Positions 9,988 to 19,648 of a DNA stretch of 64,000 bases are shown piece after piece (within the stretch, counting starts at the first letter, position 1; each line of letters opens with the position of its first letter). Below the pieces are notes generated by a model. The model ran no database searches, was not told the DNA's origin, and worked only from the letters and a program-made list of their open reading frames with translations. The DNA comes from Candidatus Latescibacterota bacterium (GTDB lineage: Bacteria > Latescibacterota > UBA2968 > UBA8231), in contig OY730476.1 of assembly GCA_963422735.1 (NCBI GenBank), forward strand, positions 2,624,001-2,688,000, in the 5' to 3' direction. A program made the translations under genes and the position numbers.

Positions 9988-12900
9988 ATGCCCGATGGAA
10001 GCCTCAGAGTAAGCCTCCGGGTGTTGTGCCCGGGGGCTTGCCTTTTCTTGGAAGCCTTGCTACTCACAAGCCCAGCGGTTGCCGCCGGGTCCGATGCGGA
10101 GGCGAGTCTGCGGCGCACGGTAGAGGCGTTGTCCGCACCTGCCTCGCGGATGACGGGCTATCCGGGGGCTGCGGTAGCCCGCGAGTGGCTGGTCGCCGAG
10201 CTAGAGAGCTTGGGGATAGCAGAATTCTACCGGCATGAGTTCCCGGTGTTGGTACCGATCGACGAAGGGTTCTGGCTCGAATGCGGCGAGGAATCCCTCC
10301 GATTGTTCGGCGTCTGGCCCAATTTGGTGCGGACGCCGACTCTGCCCCTTGGTGGGATTGAGGCCGAATTGGTGTACGGTGGGGACGGACGGCTACTCGA
10401 AGGGCAACCGGTGGCCGGGCGGATCGTCCTGCTCGATTATGCCTCGGGCTCGGCTTGGGTGGACGCGTTTCACTTGGGGGCGGCGGCCGTGGTGTTTTTG
10501 GAATCGACAGGTGCCCATCGCAAGGAAGCCGAGCAGAAATTCCTCGACGTGCCGGCAGATTTGCCGCGGCTTTATGCGCGCAAAGACGTGGCGGAACGCT
10601 TGCGGATGCTGGAAAGGTCGCGGGCGCAGGTGCGCTTGCGGGGGGCGATGGCGTGGCGGGAGGTGACCGCCCAGAATCTGATCGCCGTGGTCCCTGGGCG
10701 AGATGCGACATTGAGGGAGGAGATCGTCTTCCTCGCCGCGCATTACGACGCTGTGTCGCCGGTGCCCGCGTTAGCGCCGGGAGCTGAGCAAGCGGCAAGT
10801 GCGGCCGCGCTCTTGGAATTGGCCCGGGGGTTTGCCAAGTGGCCGCCCAAGCGCACGGTCGCGTTGCTGTGGACGGCCGGGCACTTCCAGAACATGGCGG
10901 GTATGCGCCATTTTGCACCGTTGTTGCTGGCGGCCGCGCGGCTGCGGGAGGGCGAAGTGGACAGGTCCGCGCTTTTGCAGCGGCTCAGTGCGCTGGAGAC
11001 GCGCTTTTTGGTGGGCTTGGATCTGTCGTCGCACAGCCCGCTGCTCGGGGCGTTCAAGCCGCGAGCTCCGTATCGCGTCTCATTGCTCGCGCCGCCCATC
11101 ACTAATCGGTTGCTAAAGCTGGTAACGGCGTACGAGGATTCCGCGTTGGGGGGCAAGCAGGTGCTGGTCAATGGCCTGAAGCAGGACTTTGCCCGCCAAG
11201 GCTTGGGGGGAATGGGGCTGACGGTGCCGTTGGACGCGGCGGTAGCAGCCCTCGCAGGATGTCCGGCGTTGGCCTTTTGCACGGTCAACGACAGCCGCGC
11301 GCGCTTTGACGCGCCCGACGATGACCCTGCGGCGGTGCGCTTTGACTGGTTGGCCGATCAAGTCGCGTTGCTGCGGGCCGTGCTGCCCGCGCTTATTGAC
11401 GACCCGGAGTTGGAACCGTGGGCTTGGGGCAACGATGCGTTTGGTACCATTCGCGGGGAGGTGGTCCACTACGGGCCGCGCAGCTATCTGCCGGATCAGC
11501 CTACGGCCGGGGCGTTGGTGCGGGTGCGGCTGCGCCAGCCGACGTTGGCTGGGGTGCGGCCGGATTTTTGGGCGGCGACGGATGATTCGGGACGATTTGC
11601 CATTCCCGGGGTCGAGTCTGGCATCATTTACACGAAGCCGGTGCGGTTGGAGGCGTATCGGCTCGATGCGGAGACCGGAGCGGTGACGGATGCGCCGGAC
11701 TGGGGGATCAATGGGGAGCGCAAGTTGCCCGGCCGTGCGCTGACGGTGCGGATGGATAGTGCCGAGGAAGAGGTGCAGATCGTCACCGCACCACTGCGGG
11801 GGACGACGCTATTTGGAATTTTTGATCCGCGCAATTTGTTGACCTTGGAGCGCGTCCAAGCGATTGACGCGGCACTGGAAGCCGAGCCGGTAGCGTACGG
11901 AGCTTGTCTGCCGCTGACGGCTCCAGAAATGGAGTTGTTCAGCTACGAAAATCGGGTGGGGTCGTGGACGGAGCCGGTCGGCGTGCTTTTTACGCCTCCT
12001 GCTAAGCGGTTCAAGGTCGTGATGGCGACAGGCCGCTATGGGTTGGGGCGACGTCTGCTGTTGCTCAATGGGACGGGGGATGTTCCGAGCGGGGTGGGTT
12101 ATGCCGTTGATGGGAAGGGGCGCGTCGTGGAAACGGTGTATCGGGTGGCTGCCGATATGCACATGCTCAATGGCGAGCGGATTGACCGGCTGGAGCGACA
12201 CAGCGTCCGCAATGGGCGGCTGGCGGCGTTTCACGAGCGATCGGCCGAATTGCTGGCAGAAGCAGAAACGGCGCGCGCTGAGCATCGGCACCGAGACTTT
12301 GTCGATCGGGCGCGGCGTGCTTGGGCGCTGGCCGCGGCGGCTTATCGGGATGTCGAGCGGACGCAAGCTGGGGTGGTGCAGGGCGCACTCTTTTTGTTGG
12401 CCGTGCTGATTCCCTTTGCCCACTTTGCCGAGCGTTTGGCATTTGGCTTTGCCGACTTGCGGCGGCAGGTATTGGGGTATTTCGCGCTCTTTCTCGTTGG
12501 CTTTGTCGCCCTGCGCTATGTGCATCCGGCCTTTGAGTTGTCGATCTCGCCGGCGATTATTCTGCTCGGCTTCGTCATCCTAGCCTTGGGAATTTTAGTA
12601 ACGGCCTTAGGAATGTCGCGATTGAATCGAGAGTTGCAGGCGTTGGGCCCTAGGCGTGAGCAAATCGCGGTGCAGCGGTCGGGTGCGGTGCTGACTTCGG
12701 TCGCCGTGGGATTGGCGCATTTGCGGCGGCGGCCGTGGCGCACGGGACTGACCTGCGCGACGCTGGTGCTGTTGACCTTTGCCGTGCTGTCCTTCACGTC
12801 GATCCGCGCTGCGCTGCACACGAATTGGATTGCGATTGGCTCGGACGCGGCATACGAGGGCGCGTTGGTGCGGATGCCGGGCTGGCAGGCCATGGAGATG

Positions 12901-14403
12901 GAAGGCTACGACCTGTTGCGCGATTGGTTTGGCGATGAGCAGGTCGCGCCGCGCGCATGGCTGTCGGTGGGATCGCTGGCGTCGTCCTACCGAGTCGAGA
13001 GGGATGACGTAGAGGAGCGAGCGGTTGGGGTCTGGGGGTTTGTCGGGTTAGTGGCGCAAGAGGAGGATTTGGTCGGGCCGGAGGTGGTAGCCGGGCGGTG
13101 GCTGCGGCCCGGGGAAGAGGACGCCTGTCTGTTGCCGGTAGGATTGGCGGATTCTTTGGGGGTAAGCACCGAGAAATTGGGGCAGGAGCGGGTGCGAGTC
13201 TTTGGGGAAGTATTTCGGGTTGTTGGGTTGCTAGCAGATGACGCGCTGGACCGGCTCGATCTGAATGGCGAGCCGCTGACTCCATTGGATCCAGAGGCGC
13301 AACAGCCTTCGGAAGCGGAAGTGGGACGTGGGCAGGGGGGGAAGTTGCGGCCGTTTGCCCATTTGCCCGCGTCGGCGACGCCGGTTTTGCCGTTTGCCGC
13401 GCTGATGCGGTGGGAAGGAGTGCGGCTGGCATCGGTGGGGATCCGATTGGATGGGACGACGGAGGGCGTCACAACTCGCGGTGCGCTGGCAGATCTGGCG
13501 CAGACGTTGGATTTGAACCTGTTCGCCGGCCTCGGGGGGCAGCGTTTGCTCGTCAATTCGGTTGGGGTGGCGTCGGTGTCGGGATGGGGGTCGTTGATCG
13601 TGCCACTGCTGATCGCCGCGTTGATCGTGTTCAACACCATGCTCGGGGCCGTGTACGAGCGGACGCGGGAAATTGGTACCTTTAACGCGGTCGGCTTAGC
13701 TCCCGGGCACGTCAGTGGGCTGTTCATGGCGGAGGCAGTGGCGTTGGGAGTGGTCGGCACGGTCGCTGGATATTTGCTCGGACAAGGCGCGGCGCAGCTT
13801 TTGAACCAAGGGGGACTTTTGCCCGGGCTGGAACTGAATTACTCGTCGCTGGGGGCGGTGCTCACCGTTGGCGCGATCGCGCTGTTGGTGGTGGCGTCGG
13901 CGCTCTATCCGGCGCACATGGCCGGGCGGATCTGTACGCCGGGGATTGAACGGCGGTGGAAGCTGCCGGTCGTCGAGGGCGAGCATTTGCATGTGCAACT
14001 GCCCTTCTCGCTAGCGCGGCGCGAAGCACTCGGCATGGCGGCGTTCCAGGCAGAATCGTGGGCAGCAAATCAGGAGCAGTCTATCGGCGCGGGATTTTAC
14101 GTCGAAGCCTTGCAGGTGGAGCAGATAGGGAAGAAGGTGCGCGTGGCGGCGCAGGTGTGGTTGGCACCGTTTGACCAAGGCGTGGTGCAAAAGACCGTGA
14201 TGGAGATAGGGCCGGGGGTGGACCCGCACTATTGCGATATTCACGTTGACCTGGCTTTGGTGGCTGGGGATCTGGCGACGTGGCAGCGAGTGGTGCGCAC
14301 CTTTTTGGACGATGTGCGCAAGCAGTTTTTGATCTGGCGCACCTTGGCAGCGGATAGCCGCCGCTACTACGCTGAGCAGTTGCCACAGTGGGAGCGAGGC
14401 TGA
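9988..14403 (+). CDS. Giant membrane protein: PA/M28 peptidase-like periplasmic domain fused to FtsX/MacB-like permease
   Basis: Signal-like N-terminus; SRMTGYPG, NLIAVVPG, AAHYD (M28 fold); central TM bundle; LRRRPWRTGLT (MacB-type first TM); NTMLGAVYERTREIGTFNAVGLAP..LFMAEA (FtsX motif). Confidence 0.85.
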   Translation: MPDGSLRVSLRVLCPGACLFLEALLLTSPAVAAGSDAEASLRRTVEALSAPASRMTGYPGAAVAREWLVAELESLGIAEFYRHEFPVLVPIDEGFWLECGEESLRLFGVWPNLVRTPTLPLGGIEAELVYGGDGRLLEGQPVAGRIVLLDYASGSAWVDAFHLGAAAVVFLESTGAHRKEAEQKFLDVPADLPRLYARKDVAERLRMLERSRAQVRLRGAMAWREVTAQNLIAVVPGRDATLREEIVFLAAHYDAVSPVPALAPGAEQAASAAALLELARGFAKWPPKRTVALLWTAGHFQNMAGMRHFAPLLLAAARLREGEVDRSALLQRLSALETRFLVGLDLSSHSPLLGAFKPRAPYRVSLLAPPITNRLLKLVTAYEDSALGGKQVLVNGLKQDFARQGLGGMGLTVPLDAAVAALAGCPALAFCTVNDSRARFDAPDDDPAAVRFDWLADQVALLRAVLPALIDDPELEPWAWGNDAFGTIRGEVVHYGPRSYLPDQPTAGALVRVRLRQPTLAGVRPDFWAATDDSGRFAIPGVESGIIYTKPVRLEAYRLDAETGAVTDAPDWGINGERKLPGRALTVRMDSAEEEVQIVTAPLRGTTLFGIFDPRNLLTLERVQAIDAALEAEPVAYGACLPLTAPEMELFSYENRVGSWTEPVGVLFTPPAKRFKVVMATGRYGLGRRLLLLNGTGDVPSGVGYAVDGKGRVVETVYRVAADMHMLNGERIDRLERHSVRNGRLAAFHERSAELLAEAETARAEHRHRDFVDRARRAWALAAAAYRDVERTQAGVVQGALFLLAVLIPFAHFAERLAFGFADLRRQVLGYFALFLVGFVALRYVHPAFELSISPAIILLGFVILALGILVTALGMSRLNRELQALGPRREQIAVQRSGAVLTSVAVGLAHLRRRPWRTGLTCATLVLLTFAVLSFTSIRAALHTNWIAIGSDAAYEGALVRMPGWQAMEMEGYDLLRDWFGDEQVAPRAWLSVGSLASSYRVERDDVEERAVGVWGFVGLVAQEEDLVGPEVVAGRWLRPGEEDACLLPVGLADSLGVSTEKLGQERVRVFGEVFRVVGLLADDALDRLDLNGEPLTPLDPEAQQPSEAEVGRGQGGKLRPFAHLPASATPVLPFAALMRWEGVRLASVGIRLDGTTEGVTTRGALADLAQTLDLNLFAGLGGQRLLVNSVGVASVSGWGSLIVPLLIAALIVFNTMLGAVYERTREIGTFNAVGLAPGHVSGLFMAEAVALGVVGTVAGYLLGQGAAQLLNQGGLLPGLELNYSSLGAVLTVGAIALLVVASALYPAHMAGRICTPGIERRWKLPVVEGEHLHVQLPFSLARREALGMAAFQAESWAANQEQSIGAGFYVEALQVEQIGKKVRVAAQVWLAPFDQGVVQKTVMEIGPGVDPHYCDIHVDLALVAGDLATWQRVVRTFLDDVRKQFLIWRTLAADSRRYYAEQLPQWERG

Positions 14404-14405
14404 AC

Positions 14406-16310
14406 ATGGCCGCGCTGCGCTTGGCATTGCTCATAGTCGGCATCACGGTCGCAAGTGGGTGGTTGCTCCAGCGCGTCGAGTTGCTGTACAACGGACCGCA
14501 TTTGGCCGGGGCCGGGAGTATGCCTGGGGCTCAAGTCTTTCTCGCCGTGCCATTAGGGGCTTTGGCGGCGGCTACCTTAATGCGTCGCTTGCTCGGCCCA
14601 GGGGATCGCGCGGTACTCTACGCCGCGCTGGCAATCGGGGTGTCGGCGACTGCTTCCGGCCTGATGCACCGCTTTTTGCCGGGCTTAGTGACGGGTTTCT
14701 ACGGGGGCTTTGCCCAGCCGACTGGCCCCTATTACCGCTTTCTGCAGGTCGTCCCGGACTGGCTGGTCCCGGGCGGTCCGAATGAGGCCCCGGCCATCGG
14801 GGCGTTTGAAGGAGGCGCGGCCGTGCCTTGGGGGGCGTGGCTGTGGCCGCTGGCCATGTGGACCGCATTTTTCGGCGCGTTTTTTCTGACCTGCTTTTGT
14901 TTGGTGTGGCTTTTGCGGCAACGCTGGCTGGAGACCGAGCGGTTGGGATTCCCGCTGCTTGAAGTACCTCGCGCTCTCATTGCCGGAGACCTGTTTGGCC
15001 AACGGCTGTTTTGGTGGGGCGCATTGGTGCCGGGCGCACTGTTGGGAATCAATGGGTGGAACCATTACGCGCCGTCTGTGCCCGAGATCGCCACGAGCTT
15101 GAACATGGTCGATTTCCTCCTCGATGACCCGTGGAAAGCCATGGCTCCCTTTGAGTCGCCGTTCTACTTCAAGTTTGTTCCCCTGTTGGTGGGCACGGCC
15201 TTTCTCGCACCCGTCGAGGTGTCGTTCAGCACGTGGTTTTTCTATCTGTTCACCCGTGTACAATTGCTAGTGGCGCATTTTCTCGGGCGACTCGAATATC
15301 GAGGCGACTTCATCCCCGGGCACGGATCGCCGTGGCTAGACTGGCCTAGTCACTTTCCTTTTTTTATGACCCAAGCGCGCGGCGGCTTGCTGTTTTTGGG
15401 GCTGTTCAGCCTGTGGTCAGCACGGCGGGCCTTGGCGGCGGCAGTCTCTTGGCGCAGCTGGACGACATGGGGGCTTGTGGCCGGGCTGCTGATGCTGTGG
15501 GTGTGGACTACGGCTTTGGGAATACCGCCGCTTATGGGCATCGCGGCGTTGTTGCTGGTGTTGCTGTTGGCGTTGACGTTTGCACGGCTGCGGGTCGACG
15601 GGGGCCTGCCTATTGTGGGAATGCCGCAGATCGTGGGCTACCTGTCCTTCGTGGCATTGGGGACCGGGGCCGGGCGTTTTACCGATGCGACCTACATGGG
15701 CTTTGGCTTTTTGGCGGTATTTGGCTTTACGATGATTGGGCTCTGGCCCGCCTTGCAATTTGAGGGGCTGAAGTTGGCAGAGATGCACGGGGTGTCGCCG
15801 CGTCGCTTGATTTGGGGAATGGTTTTGGGGCTCGTCGTTGGGCTGGGGGCTGGCTATGTATTTTCACTCGAAACGATCTACGAACACGGGCTTTTTGCCT
15901 TGCAGGAACAGGGTGGCGCACGGGATGAAGCACGCATTGGCCGCTACTACAACTACTTGTTCAAAGACGCCGGCACAGTGGATGGGGACACGGACTGGGT
16001 GCGCCTAGGATTTCACGCGGCCGGGGCGGGTTTTACCTATTTCTTAGCGTTGATGCGCCAGCACGTTCTCCGCTGGCCCTTACATCCCATGGGCTTTGTG
16101 TTTGGCACGGGTTTTGGCGGGCTGGTGTGGGGGTCGGTGTTGTGCGGCTGGCTGTGCAAGTGGCTGGCGGTGCGCTACGGCGGTGCACAAACTTATCGGC
16201 GGGTCATGCCGTTTTTCTTGGGAATGATTTGTGGAGAGGTCGCGATGCGGTTGTTGTGGGCCGCGGTCGCACTGTGGCGGGGCGAGATGGGGGGAGGATA
16301 CCGGCCGTAA
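14406..16310 (+). CDS. Polytopic membrane protein, OPT-like (DUF6785/DUF6784-type)
   Basis: Many TM segments; RQRWLETERLGFPL, RWPLHPMGF and KWLAVRYGG..YRRVMPFFLG motifs. ATG lies 2 nt after the previous stop. Confidence 0.75.
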   Translation: MAALRLALLIVGITVASGWLLQRVELLYNGPHLAGAGSMPGAQVFLAVPLGALAAATLMRRLLGPGDRAVLYAALAIGVSATASGLMHRFLPGLVTGFYGGFAQPTGPYYRFLQVVPDWLVPGGPNEAPAIGAFEGGAAVPWGAWLWPLAMWTAFFGAFFLTCFCLVWLLRQRWLETERLGFPLLEVPRALIAGDLFGQRLFWWGALVPGALLGINGWNHYAPSVPEIATSLNMVDFLLDDPWKAMAPFESPFYFKFVPLLVGTAFLAPVEVSFSTWFFYLFTRVQLLVAHFLGRLEYRGDFIPGHGSPWLDWPSHFPFFMTQARGGLLFLGLFSLWSARRALAAAVSWRSWTTWGLVAGLLMLWVWTTALGIPPLMGIAALLLVLLLALTFARLRVDGGLPIVGMPQIVGYLSFVALGTGAGRFTDATYMGFGFLAVFGFTMIGLWPALQFEGLKLAEMHGVSPRRLIWGMVLGLVVGLGAGYVFSLETIYEHGLFALQEQGGARDEARIGRYYNYLFKDAGTVDGDTDWVRLGFHAAGAGFTYFLALMRQHVLRWPLHPMGFVFGTGFGGLVWGSVLCGWLCKWLAVRYGGAQTYRRVMPFFLGMICGEVAMRLLWAAVALWRGEMGGGYRP

Positions 16311-18277
16311 TGACCGACGAGTTGACTAGCTACCGCGACCTGATGCAGGCCCCGACGCGCTTTCGCGAGGGCTTTACTGTGCGCACTGTGGCCGGGGCGT
16401 TTTTCGTCGGCTTTATCATGATGCCCGGTGCCATTTACATGGGCCTGATTGCCGGCGCATCGTTCGGCGCGGCCGCCGAGTGGGTGACCATCATCCTGTT
16501 TTCCGAACTGGCGCGGCGTTCCTTTTCCTCGCTGACGCGCCAAGAGATTTACCTGATCTACTACATTGCCGGTGGCTTGGCTGGCGTCATCGGCGGCACC
16601 ATGCTGGCCGGGGGACCGTTTGGACAACTCGTGTGGAACCAGTACCTCGCGCAGTCGCAGGCTGCGGCTGGGTTTGGCATTGCTGAGCACATCCCGGAAT
16701 GGATCGCGCCGCCTGTCGGTTCAGATGCGCTGGTCGGGCGCAGCTTTTTGCACCGGGCGTGGATTCCGCCGGTAGCCGTGCTAGTCGCCTCGCAGGTTTT
16801 GTCGCGGGTTGAGTGGTTCACGCTCGGCTACATCCTCTTTCGGGTCACGTCCGATGTAGAGCGCTTGCCCTTCCCGTTGGCACCAGTAGCCGCGCAGGGG
16901 GCGACGGCCCTTGCCGAGAGCGACGAGGGGCAGGATAGCTGGCGGTGGCGGGTTTTCTCGGTGGGCATGGGGATTGGTTTACTGTTCGGCGCGGTGTACG
17001 TGGGCTTGCCCGCGCTGACTGGATTGATCGCCAGCGATCCCATCGTCCTGTTGCCTATTCCTTGGATTGATCTCACTCGGACTACAGAAGAGTTTTTACC
17101 GGCCGCACCCTTGGGCATTGGTACGGACCTAGGCTTGGTGCTGTTGGGGATGGTGCTGCCGTTTTGGATAGTCGTCGGTACATTTGCCGCGGCCATGGTC
17201 CACGCCTTGGGCAGCCCGGTTCTCTATCAAGTCGGCGCGCTGACGCACTGGCGGCCGGGCATGGACGCGATTCTGACGAATTTCGCCAACGACATCGACG
17301 TGTGGATGAGCGTGTACATTGGCGCGGGGGCGGCCGTGGGCGCGATTGGCTTGTTGCACGCCGTGCTGTCGGTGCGGGCCTCGCGCCGTCAGGGCAGGCA
17401 CCGCCCGTTACAGGATACGCCGGCCGGGCGGGGCGACTTCCCGTTGTGGATAGCGATTGTCGGATATGCACTATCGACGTTGGCCATGATCTGGCTCTGC
17501 GTGTTGCTCCTAGACGACGACGAATTTCCGCTGATCTTTTTGCTGATCTTCGGCTTCGTGCTGACGCCGGTGATTTCGTACGTCAATGCGCGCATGGCCG
17601 GGTTGACGGGGCAGTTGGTCAGTTTCCCGCTACTGCGCGAAGGCGCTTTTATCTTGAGCGGCTACAAAGGCATAGATATATGGTTCGCGCCCATTCCATA
17701 CGCCGACCACGGCCGGCGCGCTCAGCTCTTCCGCGAAGTGGAGCTGACCGGCACGCGCTTCTCGTCGATTATCAAGGCCGAGCTGTTGCTGTTGCCGCTG
17801 AGCTTGGTCTGCGGCTTTGTGTTTTGGTCGCTAGTCTGGCAGATGGAGCCGATTCCCTCGCCGACCTTCCAATACGCCCAGACGTATTGGCACCTCATTG
17901 CGTTGCGCCAGTGCTTGTGGTACTCGGCGACTTTGGGCGGGGAGACCTTGTTCGACCAAGCTATTAAGGGGTGGTGGATCTTGGGCAGCTTTGTGCTGGC
18001 CGGGGGTACTTTTGGATTTATGTCGTGGTTGGGGTTGCCGATTTCGCTGGTGTACGGGTTTGTGCGCGGCCTTTCGGGTCTGCCGCACTTGCTGATCCCC
18101 GAGATGGCCGGTGCCCTGCTGGCGCGCTATTGGCTGGAGCCGCGCTTTGGGACTCAGCAGTGGCGGCAGTACGCGCCGGTGTTGTTGGCTGGATACGCTT
18201 GCGGGATGGGCTTGGTGGGCATGTCGGCCGTGGCCATTGCCTTAATATCCAAGTCGGTGACCCAATTGCACTATTGA
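16310..18277 (+). CDS. OPT-superfamily-like peptide transporter
   Basis: Many TM segments; EGFTVRTVAGAFF..AAEWVTIILFSE and SDVERLPFPLAPVAAQGA motifs. TAA/ATG overlap at 16308-16312. Confidence 0.75.
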   Translation: MTDELTSYRDLMQAPTRFREGFTVRTVAGAFFVGFIMMPGAIYMGLIAGASFGAAAEWVTIILFSELARRSFSSLTRQEIYLIYYIAGGLAGVIGGTMLAGGPFGQLVWNQYLAQSQAAAGFGIAEHIPEWIAPPVGSDALVGRSFLHRAWIPPVAVLVASQVLSRVEWFTLGYILFRVTSDVERLPFPLAPVAAQGATALAESDEGQDSWRWRVFSVGMGIGLLFGAVYVGLPALTGLIASDPIVLLPIPWIDLTRTTEEFLPAAPLGIGTDLGLVLLGMVLPFWIVVGTFAAAMVHALGSPVLYQVGALTHWRPGMDAILTNFANDIDVWMSVYIGAGAAVGAIGLLHAVLSVRASRRQGRHRPLQDTPAGRGDFPLWIAIVGYALSTLAMIWLCVLLLDDDEFPLIFLLIFGFVLTPVISYVNARMAGLTGQLVSFPLLREGAFILSGYKGIDIWFAPIPYADHGRRAQLFREVELTGTRFSSIIKAELLLLPLSLVCGFVFWSLVWQMEPIPSPTFQYAQTYWHLIALRQCLWYSATLGGETLFDQAIKGWWILGSFVLAGGTFGFMSWLGLPISLVYGFVRGLSGLPHLLIPEMAGALLARYWLEPRFGTQQWRQYAPVLLAGYACGMGLVGMSAVAIALISKSVTQLHY

Positions 18278-18283
18278 CGCCCG

Positions 18284-19267
18284 TCAGCCGCGCAGGGCTT
18301 GGCGGAGGCCAAAAGCGCACTTAATCCAGCGGCTCTTGTAGCCGACAACCGCGTAGTACGGCACTAAATCGCAGCCAAAGCCGCGTTTGAAGAAGGCGAT
18401 GCTCGGTATATTGGCACCGACGAAGTCAAAGCATTTGTGATCGACCGCGTCCCAGTACTGCCAGTACAACAGCGAGATCGCGCCCGTGTGGTTGTAAGCA
18501 GGGTCGGCTCCTGCGGCCCAAGCATAGGTGGTGTCGAAGCCCTCGACAAAGGCGACGACCGCGGCCGGCCCGTCCGGGGAGGCGATTGCGTACGCCTGGG
18601 CCAGACCAGCCTCTAGGGCCGCGGCGACAAAGCGCTCGGCTGTGGCCGTGGCGACCGGGGGGCCGCCAGCTTGGTTGGCGTAGATGGCCTCGTACTGCCG
18701 CCGAAATAGTGCGACATCGCTAGTGGGCCGCAGTTGGTAGCCGAGTTTTTCAGCCTTGCGAATGGCAGTGCGCGTGCGGCGCTCGGCTCGCTCCCATAGT
18801 GCGTTGCTATCGCCGAGAGGCAGCCTATAGGTATAGCGCAGGTGCGCGTCGCAGCCCTGCCAGGTGAAGGGGCGCACATCGGCGATGGCCGGCGCGTGGG
18901 ATAGGAAGACGCGGTCGTAGTGCTTGGCGAGATGGTCGAGCAGGTGCGCACAAGCGCGGTGTTGAGCCGCTTCGCCTTTGGCTGGTCCCTTGCCGGCTAC
19001 CGGGGCGAGCAGCAGGCCGGTGTAAGGCGTCAGCTCGGGAGTTTCGAGGCGGTAGAGGCCCATGCGTCGGCGAGCTAGGCCGCTGATGCCAGCGACGAGA
19101 TGGCCATTGCGGTAGCAGCCGAGGCGGTGAATTTGGCCGCCAGCGGCCGTGGCTGCACAGCAAAGCCACTCGCTGGTGGAAAATACAGTGCCGCCGATGG
19201 CTTGGCGGACGAAGGCGTCCCAAGCGGTATCGTCGGCGACGAGGCGGATTTCAAAGGTATCGGCCAC
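18284..19267 (-). CDS. GNAT / FemAB-like N-acyltransferase
   Basis: WDAFV..GTVFST..W, RTAIRKAEK and FDFVGANIPSIAFFKRGFG motifs typical of FemAB-related (Acetyltransf_6) proteins. Confidence 0.75.
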   Translation of the reverse strand: MADTFEIRLVADDTAWDAFVRQAIGGTVFSTSEWLCCAATAAGGQIHRLGCYRNGHLVAGISGLARRRMGLYRLETPELTPYTGLLLAPVAGKGPAKGEAAQHRACAHLLDHLAKHYDRVFLSHAPAIADVRPFTWQGCDAHLRYTYRLPLGDSNALWERAERRTRTAIRKAEKLGYQLRPTSDVALFRRQYEAIYANQAGGPPVATATAERFVAAALEAGLAQAYAIASPDGPAAVVAFVEGFDTTYAWAAGADPAYNHTGAISLLYWQYWDAVDHKCFDFVGANIPSIAFFKRGFGCDLVPYYAVVGYKSRWIKCAFGLRQALRG

Positions 19268-19337
19268 AGGGAATTTCGCAGTTGGTGTTCAATACGCAAG
19301 GTAAATTGGGGCAGGAGGGGCGATTCCGCCACATCGC

Positions 19338-19366
19338 TTGACATTCCCCTTGGTGCGCCCTATATT
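19338..19366 (+). promoter_or_regulatory. Sigma70-type promoter of the ilvC-leu operon
   Basis: TTGACA (19338-19343), a 17-nt spacer, then TATATT (19361-19366). Confidence 0.8.
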
Positions 19367-19413
19367 GAAATTTTTATGAATTGAAAGCTAACTGCTTGGA
19401 TTACTTAGATTTA

Positions 19414-19527
19414 ATGCCAATGAGTGCGCCGTTCCAACTCCCGCGTATTTTCCGCCCGACGCCAGTGTGGGTGCGCCTCCGACTTCTCCTCCTTGACCTA
19501 CTTATTATTGGCCGTCTGGTCAAGTAG
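19414..19527 (+). promoter_or_regulatory. Putative branched-chain amino acid attenuation leader peptide (37 aa)
   Basis: Manual translation gives MPMSAPFQLPRIFRPTPVWVRLRLLLLDLLIIGRLVK*. 13 of the last 20 sense codons are Leu/Ile/Val. It lies between the promoter and ilvC. Confidence 0.75.
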
Positions 19528-19648
19528 GCTTCGCTCCTCGTTCCATTTTCGACAGCACGATTAACGGACGAAGCCGCTGCAACGCGCAGGCTGTCAGCTA
19601 ACTATGTCTATAAAACAATCTCAACGCCCTCAGTGAAGGAGAATTTTC

